The translations under genes were made by a program, and so were the position numbers. Of a stretch of DNA of 54,141 bases, positions 19,070-27,826 are shown piece by piece. Below the pieces are notes generated by a model. That model searched no databases, was not told where the DNA came from, and saw only the letters and a list, made by a program, of their open reading frames with translations. Origin of the DNA: Bacteroidota bacterium (GTDB lineage: Bacteria > Bacteroidota > Bacteroidia > Chitinophagales > Chitinophagaceae); the NCBI GenBank assembly GCA_023411775.1, contig JAEYOL010000040.1, positions 1-54,141 on the forward strand. Direction: 5' to 3'. Position 1 is the stretch's first letter; the number at the start of each line of letters is the position of its first letter.

Positions 19070-19110
19070 TTAATTATAGCTAACCCAGAATCAAAAAGTT
19101 AAGATCAACT

Positions 19111-20364
19111 ATGCCTTACCTGTTTACTTCTGAAAGTGTTTCTGAAGGCCACCCGGATAAAGTTGCCGACCAGATATCTGATGCACTAATCGATAATTTC
19201 CTTGCTTTCGACCCTCAAAGTAAAGTGGCCTGTGAGACACTTGTAACAACAGGACAGGTGGTACTTGCCGGTGAAGTGAAATCAAAAGCATACCTGGATG
19301 TCCAGGAAATTGCCCGTAATGTGATCCGCAGGATCGGCTATACTAAGAGCGAGTACATGTTTGAGGCAAGTTCCTGCGGTGTGTTGTCTGCTATACATGA
19401 GCAGTCGGCAGACATCAACCAGGGTGTGGATCGTAAGAAGAAAGAAGAGCAGGGTGCTGGAGACCAGGGAATGATGTTTGGTTATGCTACCAATGAAACG
19501 GCGGATTATATGCCGCTGGCACTGGATATTGCTCACAAGCTGTTGATCGAACTGGCTGCCCTGCGCAGGGAGAACAAACAAATTAAATACCTGCGTCCTG
19601 ATGCTAAGAGCCAGGTTACGCTGGAGTATGATGATAACAATAAACCGGTAAGGATCGATGCCATCGTGGTATCCACGCAGCATGACGACTTCGATTCAGA
19701 GGCAAAGATGCTGGCGAAGATCAAGGCCGATATTATCAATATCCTTATCCCCCGGGTGAAATCAAAGTATAAGAAATACGCTCGCCTGTTCAACGACGAT
19801 ATCAAATTCCATATTAATCCAACCGGCAAATTTGTAATTGGCGGGCCACATGGTGATACAGGCCTTACCGGTCGTAAGATCATCGTGGATACATATGGTG
19901 GAAAAGGTGCGCATGGTGGCGGTGCTTTTAGTGGAAAGGATCCCAGCAAGGTTGACCGCAGCGCAGCTTATGCAACCCGGCATATTGCTAAGAACCTGGT
20001 AGCGGCCGGCCTGGCTGATGAAGTTCTTGTACAGGTTTCGTATGCTATAGGAGTGGCAAAACCGACCAGTATCAATGTCAACACATTTGGCAGCGCGAAA
20101 GTGAATTTGAACGATGGGGAGATCAGCAGGGTGGTGGAGTCAATATTCGATATGCGCCCTTATTTTATTGAGAAGCGCCTGAAGTTGCGTAACCCGATCT
20201 ATAGTGAAACTGCGGCATATGGCCACATGGGCCGCGAGCCAAAAATAGTTGAAAAGACTTTTGTTTCTCCTGATGGGAAAAAAGTAACAAAGAAGGTGGA
20301 GCTGTTTACCTGGGAGAAGCTGGATTATGTGGGTAAAGTGAAAAAAGCGTTTGGTTTGAAATAA
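19111..20364 (+). CDS. metK: S-adenosylmethionine synthetase
   Basis: [34 protein letters not shown] and [16 protein letters not shown]. Confidence 0.98.
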   Translation: MPYLFTSESVSEGHPDKVADQISDALIDNFLAFDPQSKVACETLVTTGQVVLAGEVKSKAYLDVQEIARNVIRRIGYTKSEYMFEASSCGVLSAIHEQSADINQGVDRKKKEEQGAGDQGMMFGYATNETADYMPLALDIAHKLLIELAALRRENKQIKYLRPDAKSQVTLEYDDNNKPVRIDAIVVSTQHDDFDSEAKMLAKIKADIINILIPRVKSKYKKYARLFNDDIKFHINPTGKFVIGGPHGDTGLTGRKIIVDTYGGKGAHGGGAFSGKDPSKVDRSAAYATRHIAKNLVAAGLADEVLVQVSYAIGVAKPTSINVNTFGSAKVNLNDGEISRVVESIFDMRPYFIEKRLKLRNPIYSETAAYGHMGREPKIVEKTFVSPDGKKVTKKVELFTWEKLDYVGKVKKAFGLK

Positions 20365-20519
20365 TCTCACTTTAGGTAATAGGACTTACTTACTTAGAAT
20401 ATTCAGAAGCGAATCCGGTAAATTTATAATTGCCGGGGAGGCGGTGAGGCGGGAAGAAATAAACTTACCGGCATCCGTCTTCCCGGCTTTTTTTTTAGCG
20501 GAAGAAAAAATATTTAATC

Positions 20520-20615
20520 ATGAGCGAGCGAAATATATGCCAGATGCTGGGGGAGAACAATCATAATTGCTTGATCAAATTTCAAATCAAATTACAATTG
20601 CCGGTGAGGCGGTGA
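20520..20615 (+). CDS. Putative 31-aa mini-ORF, degenerate paralog of the NUDIX N-terminus
   Basis: MSERNICQMLGENNHNCLIKFQIKLQLPVRR*, with the same A-rich pre-ATG context as the NUDIX gene. Confidence 0.35.
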   Translation: MSERNICQMLGENNHNCLIKFQIKLQLPVRR

Positions 20616-20685
20616 GACGGGAAGAAATAAACTTACCGGCTTCCGTCTTCCCGGCTCTTTCTTTAGCGGAAGAAAAAAATTAGTC

Positions 20686-20781
20686 ATGAGCGAGCAACAT
20701 CTATGGCTGATGCTGGGGGAGAATAATCATAATAGCTTGATCAAATTTCAAATCAAGTTACAATTGCCGGGGAGGCGGTGA
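20686..20781 (+). CDS. Putative 31-aa mini-ORF, degenerate paralog of the NUDIX N-terminus
   Basis: MSEQHLWLMLGENNHNSLIKFQIKLQLPGRR*, with the same context. Confidence 0.35.
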   Translation: MSEQHLWLMLGENNHNSLIKFQIKLQLPGRR

Positions 20782-20853
20782 GGCGGGAAGAAACAATCTT
20801 ACCGGCTTCCGTCTTCCCGGCTCTTTTTTTAGCTAAAAGAAAAAAAATTAATC

Positions 20854-21426
20854 ATGAGCGAACAAAATCCATGGCAGGTTCTGGGAGAGAAGAAGATCTA
20901 TGATAATAAATGGATCAACCTTACAGAATATGATGTGATCAATCCGAATGGAGGAAAGGGGATATATGGGAAAGTTCATTTTAAGAACCTGGCTATTGGC
21001 ATTGTACCGCTCGACGAGCATTTCAATACCTACCTGGTAGGCCAGTACAGGTTTACACTTGATGCTTATAGTTGGGAGATCCCCGAGGGAGGAGGTCCAC
21101 TGGCTATAGATCCACTTGAATCAGCACAGCGCGAGTTGCTTGAAGAAACAGGTTTGGAGGCCGGGAGTTGGACACCGATTTTGAGAATGCATCTTTCTAA
21201 TTCTGTAACTGATGAGTATGCCATCATTTACATGGCGCGGGAGCTTAGTCAGAAGGTGGCGATGCCCGATGAAACCGAAAAGCTGGTGGTGAAGAAACTT
21301 CCATTTGAGGAAGCCTGGCAAATGGTGGAAGAGGGTCAGATAACGGATGCGATGTCGGTGGCGGCGATACAAAAGGTGAAGTGGATGCTGGAGAGGGAAA
21401 ATAAAGAAAGCCAGGATCTAAATTGA
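20854..21426 (+). CDS. NUDIX hydrolase (ADP-ribose pyrophosphatase-like)
   Basis: LVGQYR, WEIPEGG...AQRELLEETGL Nudix box and ITDAMS. Confidence 0.9.
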   Translation: MSEQNPWQVLGEKKIYDNKWINLTEYDVINPNGGKGIYGKVHFKNLAIGIVPLDEHFNTYLVGQYRFTLDAYSWEIPEGGGPLAIDPLESAQRELLEETGLEAGSWTPILRMHLSNSVTDEYAIIYMARELSQKVAMPDETEKLVVKKLPFEEAWQMVEEGQITDAMSVAAIQKVKWMLERENKESQDLN

Positions 21427-21459
21427 CTTGTATCCCGGTGGAAATATAAATTTTAATTA

Positions 21460-21558
21460 GCCGGGGAGGCGGGAAGACGGTGAGAATACCCTTTCCGCTT
21501 TTTGTTTTTATCGAACTAAGCCACTTGAAAATTCTTCCCGTCTCACCGCCTTACCGGC
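21460..21558. repeat. REP-like palindromic element (28-bp arms of CGGKRAGR units)
   Basis: GCCGGGGAGGCGGGAAGACGGTGAGAAT...ATTCTTCCCGTCTCACCGCCTTACCGGC. Confidence 0.8.
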
Positions 21559-21587
21559 AGCAATAGAGGATTATCAGGTAATACTTA

Positions 21588-21900
21588 TCAGCCCAGGATA
21601 AAAAAACGTTTTCCTACAGTTTTTTCCCCATGGATTTGTCAGGTAATTTTGTTACTAGATGTCAGAAGCATTAAGTGTCGGACTGGCGATGAACTCAGCC
21701 TGGCATTAAAAAACGTTTCCCTAAAGTTTTTTTCCCTTGGTTTTGTCAGGGATTTGGGTTACTAGATGTCAGAAGCATTAAGTGTCGGACGGCGATGAAC
21801 TCCGCCCAGGATAAAAAAACGTTTTCCTCCGGTTTTTTTCCCATGGTTTTGTCAGGGATTTTGGTTACTAGATGTCAGAAGCTTTAAGTGTCTGACCAGC
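21588..21900. repeat. Tandem array B: three ~107-bp units with a conserved 33-nt core
   Basis: Units start at 21588, 21695 and 21801. The core GTTACTAGATGTCAGAAGCATTAAGTGTCGGAC lies at 21651, 21758 and 21864 (third copy has 2 mismatches). Confidence 0.92.
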
Positions 21901-21997
21901 TTTTTTAATTTCGAATCGCCACCCCGTTTGAATAGCCTGAATTTTTCAACCTCCTGACATTTCTCCTGTTTAATAGTTTTTGTAGTTTCTTTGCTTC

Positions 21998-22774
21998 GTG
22001 AAAAATTTCAGGCACCCCCAACGCCCCAAAAAAAGCTCCCTGGTTATTGGTCCCGCTGCTGTGATCACAGCGATCGAAGCCGGACGCCAACTAGACAAAA
22101 TTTACATCGATTCCAAATCTCAGGGCACAGAGATCGGCAAGGTTAAAAAGCTGGCAGCACAGCATAATATACCCATTAATTACGTACCCGCAGCCAAACT
22201 GAATAGTTTCAATATTTCTGATCACGACGGATGCGTAGCACAGATATCGAATGTCCATTACCAGGACCTCCAATCGGTCATTTCCTTTGTCGTTGACTCT
22301 GGAGAAGCACCACTTTTTTTACTCCTTGATGGGATCACCGACATACGAAATATCGGTGGCATTGCCCGTACCGCACTGTGTACTGGCGTACATGCCATCA
22401 TTATCCCGGACAAAGGAGTGGGAGCGCTTAATGAAGACGCCATCCTGACATCTGCCGGCGCCCTGGAAAAGATCACGGTTTGCCGGGTCAACAGCCTTAT
22501 GAAAGCTGTTGACGAACTACACATGAATGGTATAAAGGTGTTCGCGAGTGAAATGACGGCTGCTAAAAACATTTTTGACTGCAATTTTACCGAACCCTGC
22601 GCTATTGTTTTAGGCAGCGAGGAAAAAGGCATCTATCCCGCGCTCATGAAGGTCTGTGATGAAAAGATAAAAATTCCTATGAAGGGCGAGTTTGAAAGCC
22701 TGAATGTCTCGGTCGCTACCGGAATGATCTTATATGAAGCAATGAAACAGCGCATGGCGGAGGCGGGGTTATAA
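21998..22774 (+). CDS. rlmB: 23S rRNA Gm2251 2'-O-methyltransferase (TrmH/SPOUT family)
   Basis: LLDGITDIRNIGGIART, GSEEKG and ESLNVSVA SPOUT motifs with an N-terminal L30e-like domain. GTG start. Confidence 0.88.
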   Translation: MKNFRHPQRPKKSSLVIGPAAVITAIEAGRQLDKIYIDSKSQGTEIGKVKKLAAQHNIPINYVPAAKLNSFNISDHDGCVAQISNVHYQDLQSVISFVVDSGEAPLFLLLDGITDIRNIGGIARTALCTGVHAIIIPDKGVGALNEDAILTSAGALEKITVCRVNSLMKAVDELHMNGIKVFASEMTAAKNIFDCNFTEPCAIVLGSEEKGIYPALMKVCDEKIKIPMKGEFESLNVSVATGMILYEAMKQRMAEAGL

Positions 22775-22810
22775 GACGCCGATCACTCTTTGATATTACC
22801 TTTGTCTTTT

Positions 22811-23671
22811 ATGACTGCAAATACGATCAAAATGGTTGAATGCCCCCGGGATGCCATGCAGGGGTGGAAAAACATTATCAGCACCGATACAAAAGTGTCT
22901 TATATCAATTCCCTGTTAAAAGTTGGGTTCGATACTATTGATTTTGGAAGCTTTGTTTCACCCAAAGCTATTCCCCAGATGGCGGATACTGCCGAGGTAG
23001 TTCAACGCCTGGATCTCGGAAGCAGCAAAACGAAACTCCTTGCCATCGTTGCCAATACAAGAGGAGCAGCGGAGGCAAGCGCGTTCGATCAGATCAGTTA
23101 CCTGGGTTTTCCTTTTTCTATTTCTGAAACTTTCCAACAGCGGAACACCAATTCTTCCATTGAGGAATCGTTGACAAGGGTAGAGGAAATTCAAAACCTG
23201 TGCATTAAAAACGGGAAAGAACTTGTTGTCTATATTTCCATGGGATTTGGAAACCCATATGGCGATCCTTATGATGAGGACATCGTATTTGAGTGGGTAA
23301 ATAAACTGGTTGCCCTCGATATCAAGATCATTTCGCTTGCAGATACCGTAGGTCTCGCAACGCCCGGACAGGTATATGATATCACAAGTTACCTGGTTGA
23401 ATCATTGCCAGGGATAGAAATTGGCGTTCATCTTCATTCCACACCGGCTAATTGGAAAGAAAAGCTGGGCTCAGCCGTAAAAGCAGGCTGTAAACGATTT
23501 GATGGCGCCCTGAAAGGAATCGGCGGTTGCCCTATGGCCAATGATGACCTCGTCGGGAATATGGATTCCGAATGGATGATAAAATATTTTGATGAATTGA
23601 ACCTGCTTCCGCAGTTGGATAAACAGGCACTCGAGGAGAGTTTGAGAATGGCGGGAGAGATCTTTTCCTGA
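22811..23671 (+). CDS. Hydroxymethylglutaryl-CoA lyase
   Basis: ECPRDAMQG, SFVSPKAIPQMAD, LADTVG, HLH and GGCP. Start at MTANT. Confidence 0.9.
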   Translation: MTANTIKMVECPRDAMQGWKNIISTDTKVSYINSLLKVGFDTIDFGSFVSPKAIPQMADTAEVVQRLDLGSSKTKLLAIVANTRGAAEASAFDQISYLGFPFSISETFQQRNTNSSIEESLTRVEEIQNLCIKNGKELVVYISMGFGNPYGDPYDEDIVFEWVNKLVALDIKIISLADTVGLATPGQVYDITSYLVESLPGIEIGVHLHSTPANWKEKLGSAVKAGCKRFDGALKGIGGCPMANDDLVGNMDSEWMIKYFDELNLLPQLDKQALEESLRMAGEIFS

Positions 23672-23730
23672 TTCGATCGCGTGCTTCTAATAAAAGCAAA
23701 GATTAACTTATAAAATTATACTGGCAGCAC

Positions 23731-24771
23731 ATGGATTTCATGGTGAACTTTGAACCTGCTAAGATCCCGTTTCCCATCAATTATCGGGAGAAGATATTAT
23801 TGATCGGCTCGTGTTTTACGGAACATATCGGCACCGCATTGAAAGAATCGAAATTTTCCATTCTTCAGAATCCGCACGGAATATTATTTGATCCTGTCAG
23901 CGTATGCCGTAGTCTCATTTCTTATGCAGATAATAAACGATACACTCAGGCCGATCTTTTTCAATTGAACGAGGTTTGGAATAGCTGGCACCATCATAGC
24001 CGCTTTTCCCATATTGACAAACAAGAAGCATTACGCAATATGAATGCTTCGCAGGAGAAAGCTCATGAGTTCTTAAAGATGGCCGACTGGATCATTATTA
24101 CGCTGGGCTCGTCATTTTATTACCTGCTGACCGACCAGGCGGTAAGGACCGGTGAAATGGCTGACAATACAATTTCGGCTACTGGTAAAGCTGGTGTTGC
24201 GAACTGTCATCGTGCGCCAGCCCAATGGTTTGAAAAATACCTGCTGACCATACCCGAGATCCTGGAGTCGCTTGATTTGTGCGTCCACCGTTTACTTCAG
24301 TTTAACCCGAAATTAAAAATCATTTTCACTGTAAGTCCAGTGCGTCACCTGCGCGACGGAGTGGTGGAAAACAACCGTAGCAAAGCCCGGCTGATCGAAG
24401 CCGTGCACCATATGGTGAATAAGTTTGACCGGCTTTATTATTTCCCTGCTTATGAACTGGTGATCGACGTTCTCCGCGATTACAGGTTTTACGATATTGA
24501 CCTGGCACATCCGAATTATATGGCTACCGATTTCGTCTTGCAGAAATTCGTCGATTGTTGCCTTGATGATGAAGCAAAACTGTTGATGGAGGAAATGAAG
24601 AAGATCAGCCTTGCCCGCAAACACAGGGCTTTTCAGCCAAATACAGAAGCCCACCGCCAGTTTTTGCGATCCAGCGCGGCCAGGGCAAAATCGCTGCAGG
24701 ATAAATACCCGTTCCTCGATCTGACAGAAGAACTGGATTATTTTAATTCAGCACAGTCGATTAATGAATAA
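23731..24771 (+). CDS. GSCFA domain protein (SGNH-like)
   Basis: IGSCFT, TVSPVRH, YFPAYE and DLAHP. Confidence 0.88.
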   Translation: MDFMVNFEPAKIPFPINYREKILLIGSCFTEHIGTALKESKFSILQNPHGILFDPVSVCRSLISYADNKRYTQADLFQLNEVWNSWHHHSRFSHIDKQEALRNMNASQEKAHEFLKMADWIIITLGSSFYYLLTDQAVRTGEMADNTISATGKAGVANCHRAPAQWFEKYLLTIPEILESLDLCVHRLLQFNPKLKIIFTVSPVRHLRDGVVENNRSKARLIEAVHHMVNKFDRLYYFPAYELVIDVLRDYRFYDIDLAHPNYMATDFVLQKFVDCCLDDEAKLLMEEMKKISLARKHRAFQPNTEAHRQFLRSSAARAKSLQDKYPFLDLTEELDYFNSAQSINE

Positions 24772-25795
24772 CCTTGTAGATCGTTTTGGTATAATAATTT
24801 TCACCCGGCCGCAAAATTGTGTTGGGAAAGGAAGGGATATTGATCGCATTCGGATGTTTTTGCGTTTCAAAACAAAATCCTGAAAATGGCCCGTATCGGT
24901 TGCCATTCTTACCGGCCATCGGTGCGATCCATTTGCCCGTATAAAAATGAACAAGGGGTTCGGTAGTATAGACTTCCAGTTTTATTTGTGAACTTTCAGA
25001 ATATGCTTCAGCAGCCAGCGTACAACTTTCATCATTTTTATCCAGAACAAAACTCTGATCATATCCATCTGCAGCATCCCAATCCTTATCGATACGTTTA
25101 AGTTCCCTGAAATCATAATGATTTCCATCCACCGGAATTTTATTTCCTGTCACCACAAAATTATCATCTTGCTCAAGAAAAGTAGAGGCGTTGATCTTTA
25201 CCTGCTGCGACCCAATATGAACCTTGCCATCCAGGTTGAAGTAGCTGTGATGGGTGAGATTGACAGCAGTTGGTTGATCAGCCGTGGCGAAATATTCGTA
25301 GATAAGTTCATCATCATCGGTAAGTTCAAAATGTATTAACGCTTCCAGGTTGCCCGGGTAACCTTCTTCGCCATCGGGGCTCAGGTATTTCAGTCTAAGT
25401 TGTTGATCATTTCCTGATTCAAATTCCCATACTTTTTTGTCAAATCCTTCGATACCACCATGGAGATGATCGTTGCCTTTGTTCCTGGCAACAGCATATT
25501 TTTTTCCATCGATATGGAATTCACCATTCTTGATCCGATTACCATATCGCCCAATGGCCGAACCGAAATAGGGATATGCGGCGAGGTATTCCTCAGAAAG
25601 ATAATCTTCCACTTTGTCAAAACCCAGCACAATATCCTGCGATCCAAATCCTGGATTTCTCAAAATGAAAGAAGTGATAATAGCTCCATAATTTGATATG
25701 CTAACACTGGTGCCTTTCTCGTTTCTTAAGGTGAATAAGTAAATTCCTTCACCATTTGTATGCGTAAAGCAGTATTGACCGTTCAGGTTTTTCAT
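24761..25795 (-). CDS. galM: Aldose 1-epimerase (galactose mutarotase)
   Basis: GRYGNRI, HLHGG, GEEGYPG, NLTHHSYFNL and FCFETQ. Confidence 0.93.
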   Translation of the reverse strand: MKNLNGQYCFTHTNGEGIYLFTLRNEKGTSVSISNYGAIITSFILRNPGFGSQDIVLGFDKVEDYLSEEYLAAYPYFGSAIGRYGNRIKNGEFHIDGKKYAVARNKGNDHLHGGIEGFDKKVWEFESGNDQQLRLKYLSPDGEEGYPGNLEALIHFELTDDDELIYEYFATADQPTAVNLTHHSYFNLDGKVHIGSQQVKINASTFLEQDDNFVVTGNKIPVDGNHYDFRELKRIDKDWDAADGYDQSFVLDKNDESCTLAAEAYSESSQIKLEVYTTEPLVHFYTGKWIAPMAGKNGNRYGPFSGFCFETQKHPNAINIPSFPNTILRPGENYYTKTIYKVIH

Positions 25796-25884
25796 TTAGT
25801 TTCTTAAGATTTGTCTTCAATGTCTTTTGGTGATGACAGATAAGGATTATTCCTAACTTCAATTTTTAAAAATAGGACATAGCA

Positions 25885-27042
25885 ATGACAAAGAAAGAGC
25901 TCGCTGAAAATTTTCGCAAACGATTTCACAAGGATCCCGAGTTTTTTTTCTTTTGCCCAGGGCGGGTAAATCTTATCGGAGAACATATTGATTACAACGG
26001 AGGCAATGTTATGCCATGTGCTATTTCCATGGGGACTTACCTCGCCGTTTCAAGAAATGTCGATAAGAAGTTGCGGTTTGAATGTCTGAACTTTCCTGAA
26101 ACGGCTGAGCTGCATCTACAGACCTCTTATTCCAAAACAGGCAGGGAATGGTTTAACTATCCTCTCGGTGCTATTCATCAATTGTTGCAGGAGAATCATG
26201 TCATATCCGGGCTTGATATGTTTTTTTACGGTGACCTTCCCATCGGAGCCGGGTTGTCATCTTCCGCATCGATAGAGATACTAACCATGTATGCACTCAA
26301 TGAAATTTTCGGTTTGAATATTTCAAAGATCTCGATGGCCAGGTATGGTAAAAAAGCTGAAAATGAATTTATCGGTGTCAACTCTGGTATCATGGACCAG
26401 TTTGCTGTGGCGATGGGAAAGAAAGATCATGCGATCCTGCTTAATTGCGACACGCTTAACTACGAATATCTTCCCTTCCAGATCGGCGATCATGTCCTGA
26501 CGATCATCAACAGTAATAAGCAAAGAACCCTTGCTGATTCGAAGTATAATGAACGATTTGCAGAATGTGGACAGGCACTGAAGATCTTAAAACAGGAACT
26601 GGATGTAACTGATCTTTGTGATATCAGCTTGGCCAGGTTTCAGGAGCATGAACATTTATTGCAGGACACAGTTTTGCAAAAACGCGTATTGCATGTCGTC
26701 ACCGAAAACGAACGGGTACAACAGGCGAGAAGTGCTTTACTAAACGGCGATTTAAAAAAATTTGGTCAGCTGATGCATGAGTCACACCAGTCCTTAAAAG
26801 AACTGTATGAAGTTTCAGGAACTGAACTGGATACCATCGTCGAATTTTCGAAATCCTATCCTGGTTGTATAGGGGCAAGAATGACCGGCGCCGGCTTTGG
26901 CGGCTGTGCGATCGCCCTGGTGAAAAAAGACGGGTTTGAAGATTATTCCATTAAGCTTAGCCAACACTACAAAGAAAGGATCGGGTATGAAGCGGAAGTT
27001 TTTGCTTCCGGAGTGGGGGATGGGGTGAGAGAGTGTGGCTAG
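25885..27042 (+). CDS. galK: Galactokinase
   Basis: PGRVNLIGEHIDY, PIGAGLSSSAS, GIMDQF and RMTGAGFGGC. Confidence 0.95.
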   Translation: MTKKELAENFRKRFHKDPEFFFFCPGRVNLIGEHIDYNGGNVMPCAISMGTYLAVSRNVDKKLRFECLNFPETAELHLQTSYSKTGREWFNYPLGAIHQLLQENHVISGLDMFFYGDLPIGAGLSSSASIEILTMYALNEIFGLNISKISMARYGKKAENEFIGVNSGIMDQFAVAMGKKDHAILLNCDTLNYEYLPFQIGDHVLTIINSNKQRTLADSKYNERFAECGQALKILKQELDVTDLCDISLARFQEHEHLLQDTVLQKRVLHVVTENERVQQARSALLNGDLKKFGQLMHESHQSLKELYEVSGTELDTIVEFSKSYPGCIGARMTGAGFGGCAIALVKKDGFEDYSIKLSQHYKERIGYEAEVFASGVGDGVRECG

Positions 27043-27050
27043 AAGCTGGG

Positions 27051-27112
27051 TGATGGATACTGGATCCAGTGTGGTGGATGCCCCCAATTACAAATTCCCA
27101 AATCCGAATTTC
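27051..27112. repeat. Degenerate 7-nt repeats (GATACTG-type and CAAATTC-type) between convergent genes
   Basis: GATGGATACTGGATCCAG... and CAATTACAAATTCCCAAATCCGAATTTC. Confidence 0.45.
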
Positions 27113-27721
27113 TCAGTGTATCCTATCACCCCGTACTTCCATACCCTCCATCACACCTGCTTCATATTCCAGCCATTCTTTCCAGCGTTGCCGCACCTTA
27201 TTTTTGTCGATATAGGTTTCTGCCAGGTCAATAAAGAGGGTATAGTGCCCGGCTTCGCTTTCCATGAACCTGCGATAGAAGTTTCGGAGATATTCGTCGT
27301 TGAGCCCGTCGCTCAGGCGTTTGAATCGTTCACAGCTGCGGGCTTCGATCAGGGCCATCATCAGTAATTTGTCGAGAAAACGGTCCTCAGGGCTGCCGCC
27401 TTTTTTCTCAAATTTCAATAACTCATTCACATACAAATCTTTACGCTGTTTTCCGAGTTTTAAATTGCGTTTTTGTAATTCGGCCAGGACCAGCCGGAAA
27501 TGTCCCCATTCTTCAGTAACGATAGGGGCTAACTCGTTCACCAGCTTCTCTTTATCGTTGTATCGCTGTACCAGCGAAATGCAGGTCAGCGCGGCCTTTT
27601 GCTCGCAATAAGCATGGTCGGTAAGTATTTCCTCCAGTGATTTTTCGGCCAGGTTTACCCATCTTGGATCGGTGGGAAGCTGCAGGCCCAGTATATTGCG
27701 GGTATCCTCTGAAAATTCCAT
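27113..27721 (-). CDS. miaE: tRNA-(ms2io6A37) hydroxylase (MiaE-like, di-iron ferritin fold)
   Basis: DHAYCEQKAA, EEWGHF, IEARSCERF and SEAGHY. Start at MEFSED (27721). Confidence 0.88.
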   Translation of the reverse strand: MEFSEDTRNILGLQLPTDPRWVNLAEKSLEEILTDHAYCEQKAALTCISLVQRYNDKEKLVNELAPIVTEEWGHFRLVLAELQKRNLKLGKQRKDLYVNELLKFEKKGGSPEDRFLDKLLMMALIEARSCERFKRLSDGLNDEYLRNFYRRFMESEAGHYTLFIDLAETYIDKNKVRQRWKEWLEYEAGVMEGMEVRGDRIH

Positions 27722-27818
27722 CCCGCAAAAATAGGCCGGTAAACGTGAAAACGGGTTAATTTGCCCGTTGGCAGGCAATTTTGACCCTGCCATTCTTTGC
27801 CGGTAAGGTTAGTTGCCT

Positions 27819-27826
27819 TACCTTTG
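27819..27826 (+). promoter_or_regulatory. -7 promoter box (TACCTTTG) for rpsO
   Basis: TAnnTTTG 53 nt upstream of the rpsO ATG. Confidence 0.6.

Larger units (their letters stand above)
20423..20925 (+). repeat. Tandem array A: three ~167-bp units (hairpin + T-tract + copy of the NUDIX gene 5' end)
   Basis: 56-nt hairpins at 20432-20487, 20600-20655 and 20766-20821. ATGAGCGA starts at 20520, 20686 and 20854 (spacing 166 and 168). Confidence 0.92.

Noticed and set aside
19062..19110. SAM riboswitch upstream of metK
   Set aside because: Only ~45 AT-rich nt lie between the promoter box and the ATG, with no SAM-I or SAM-II consensus.
21685..21806. GGCGATGAACTC(A/C)GCC resembling the 5' hairpin of a fluoride riboswitch
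   Set aside because: The downstream UAAUG/UGAUG-pseudoknot-CUAC segment is missing, and no fluoride-related gene follows.
21588..21900. Array B as a CRISPR array (33-nt GTT...GAC core recurring at a fixed period)
   Set aside because: The ~74-nt intervening segments are homologous to each other, not unique spacers. They are too long, and there are no cas genes in the window.
21588..22774. Type III toxin-antitoxin locus (tandem RNA repeats before a gene)
   Set aside because: The downstream gene is a clear SPOUT methyltransferase, not a ToxN/CptN/TenpN-like toxin, and the units are longer than known antitoxin repeats.
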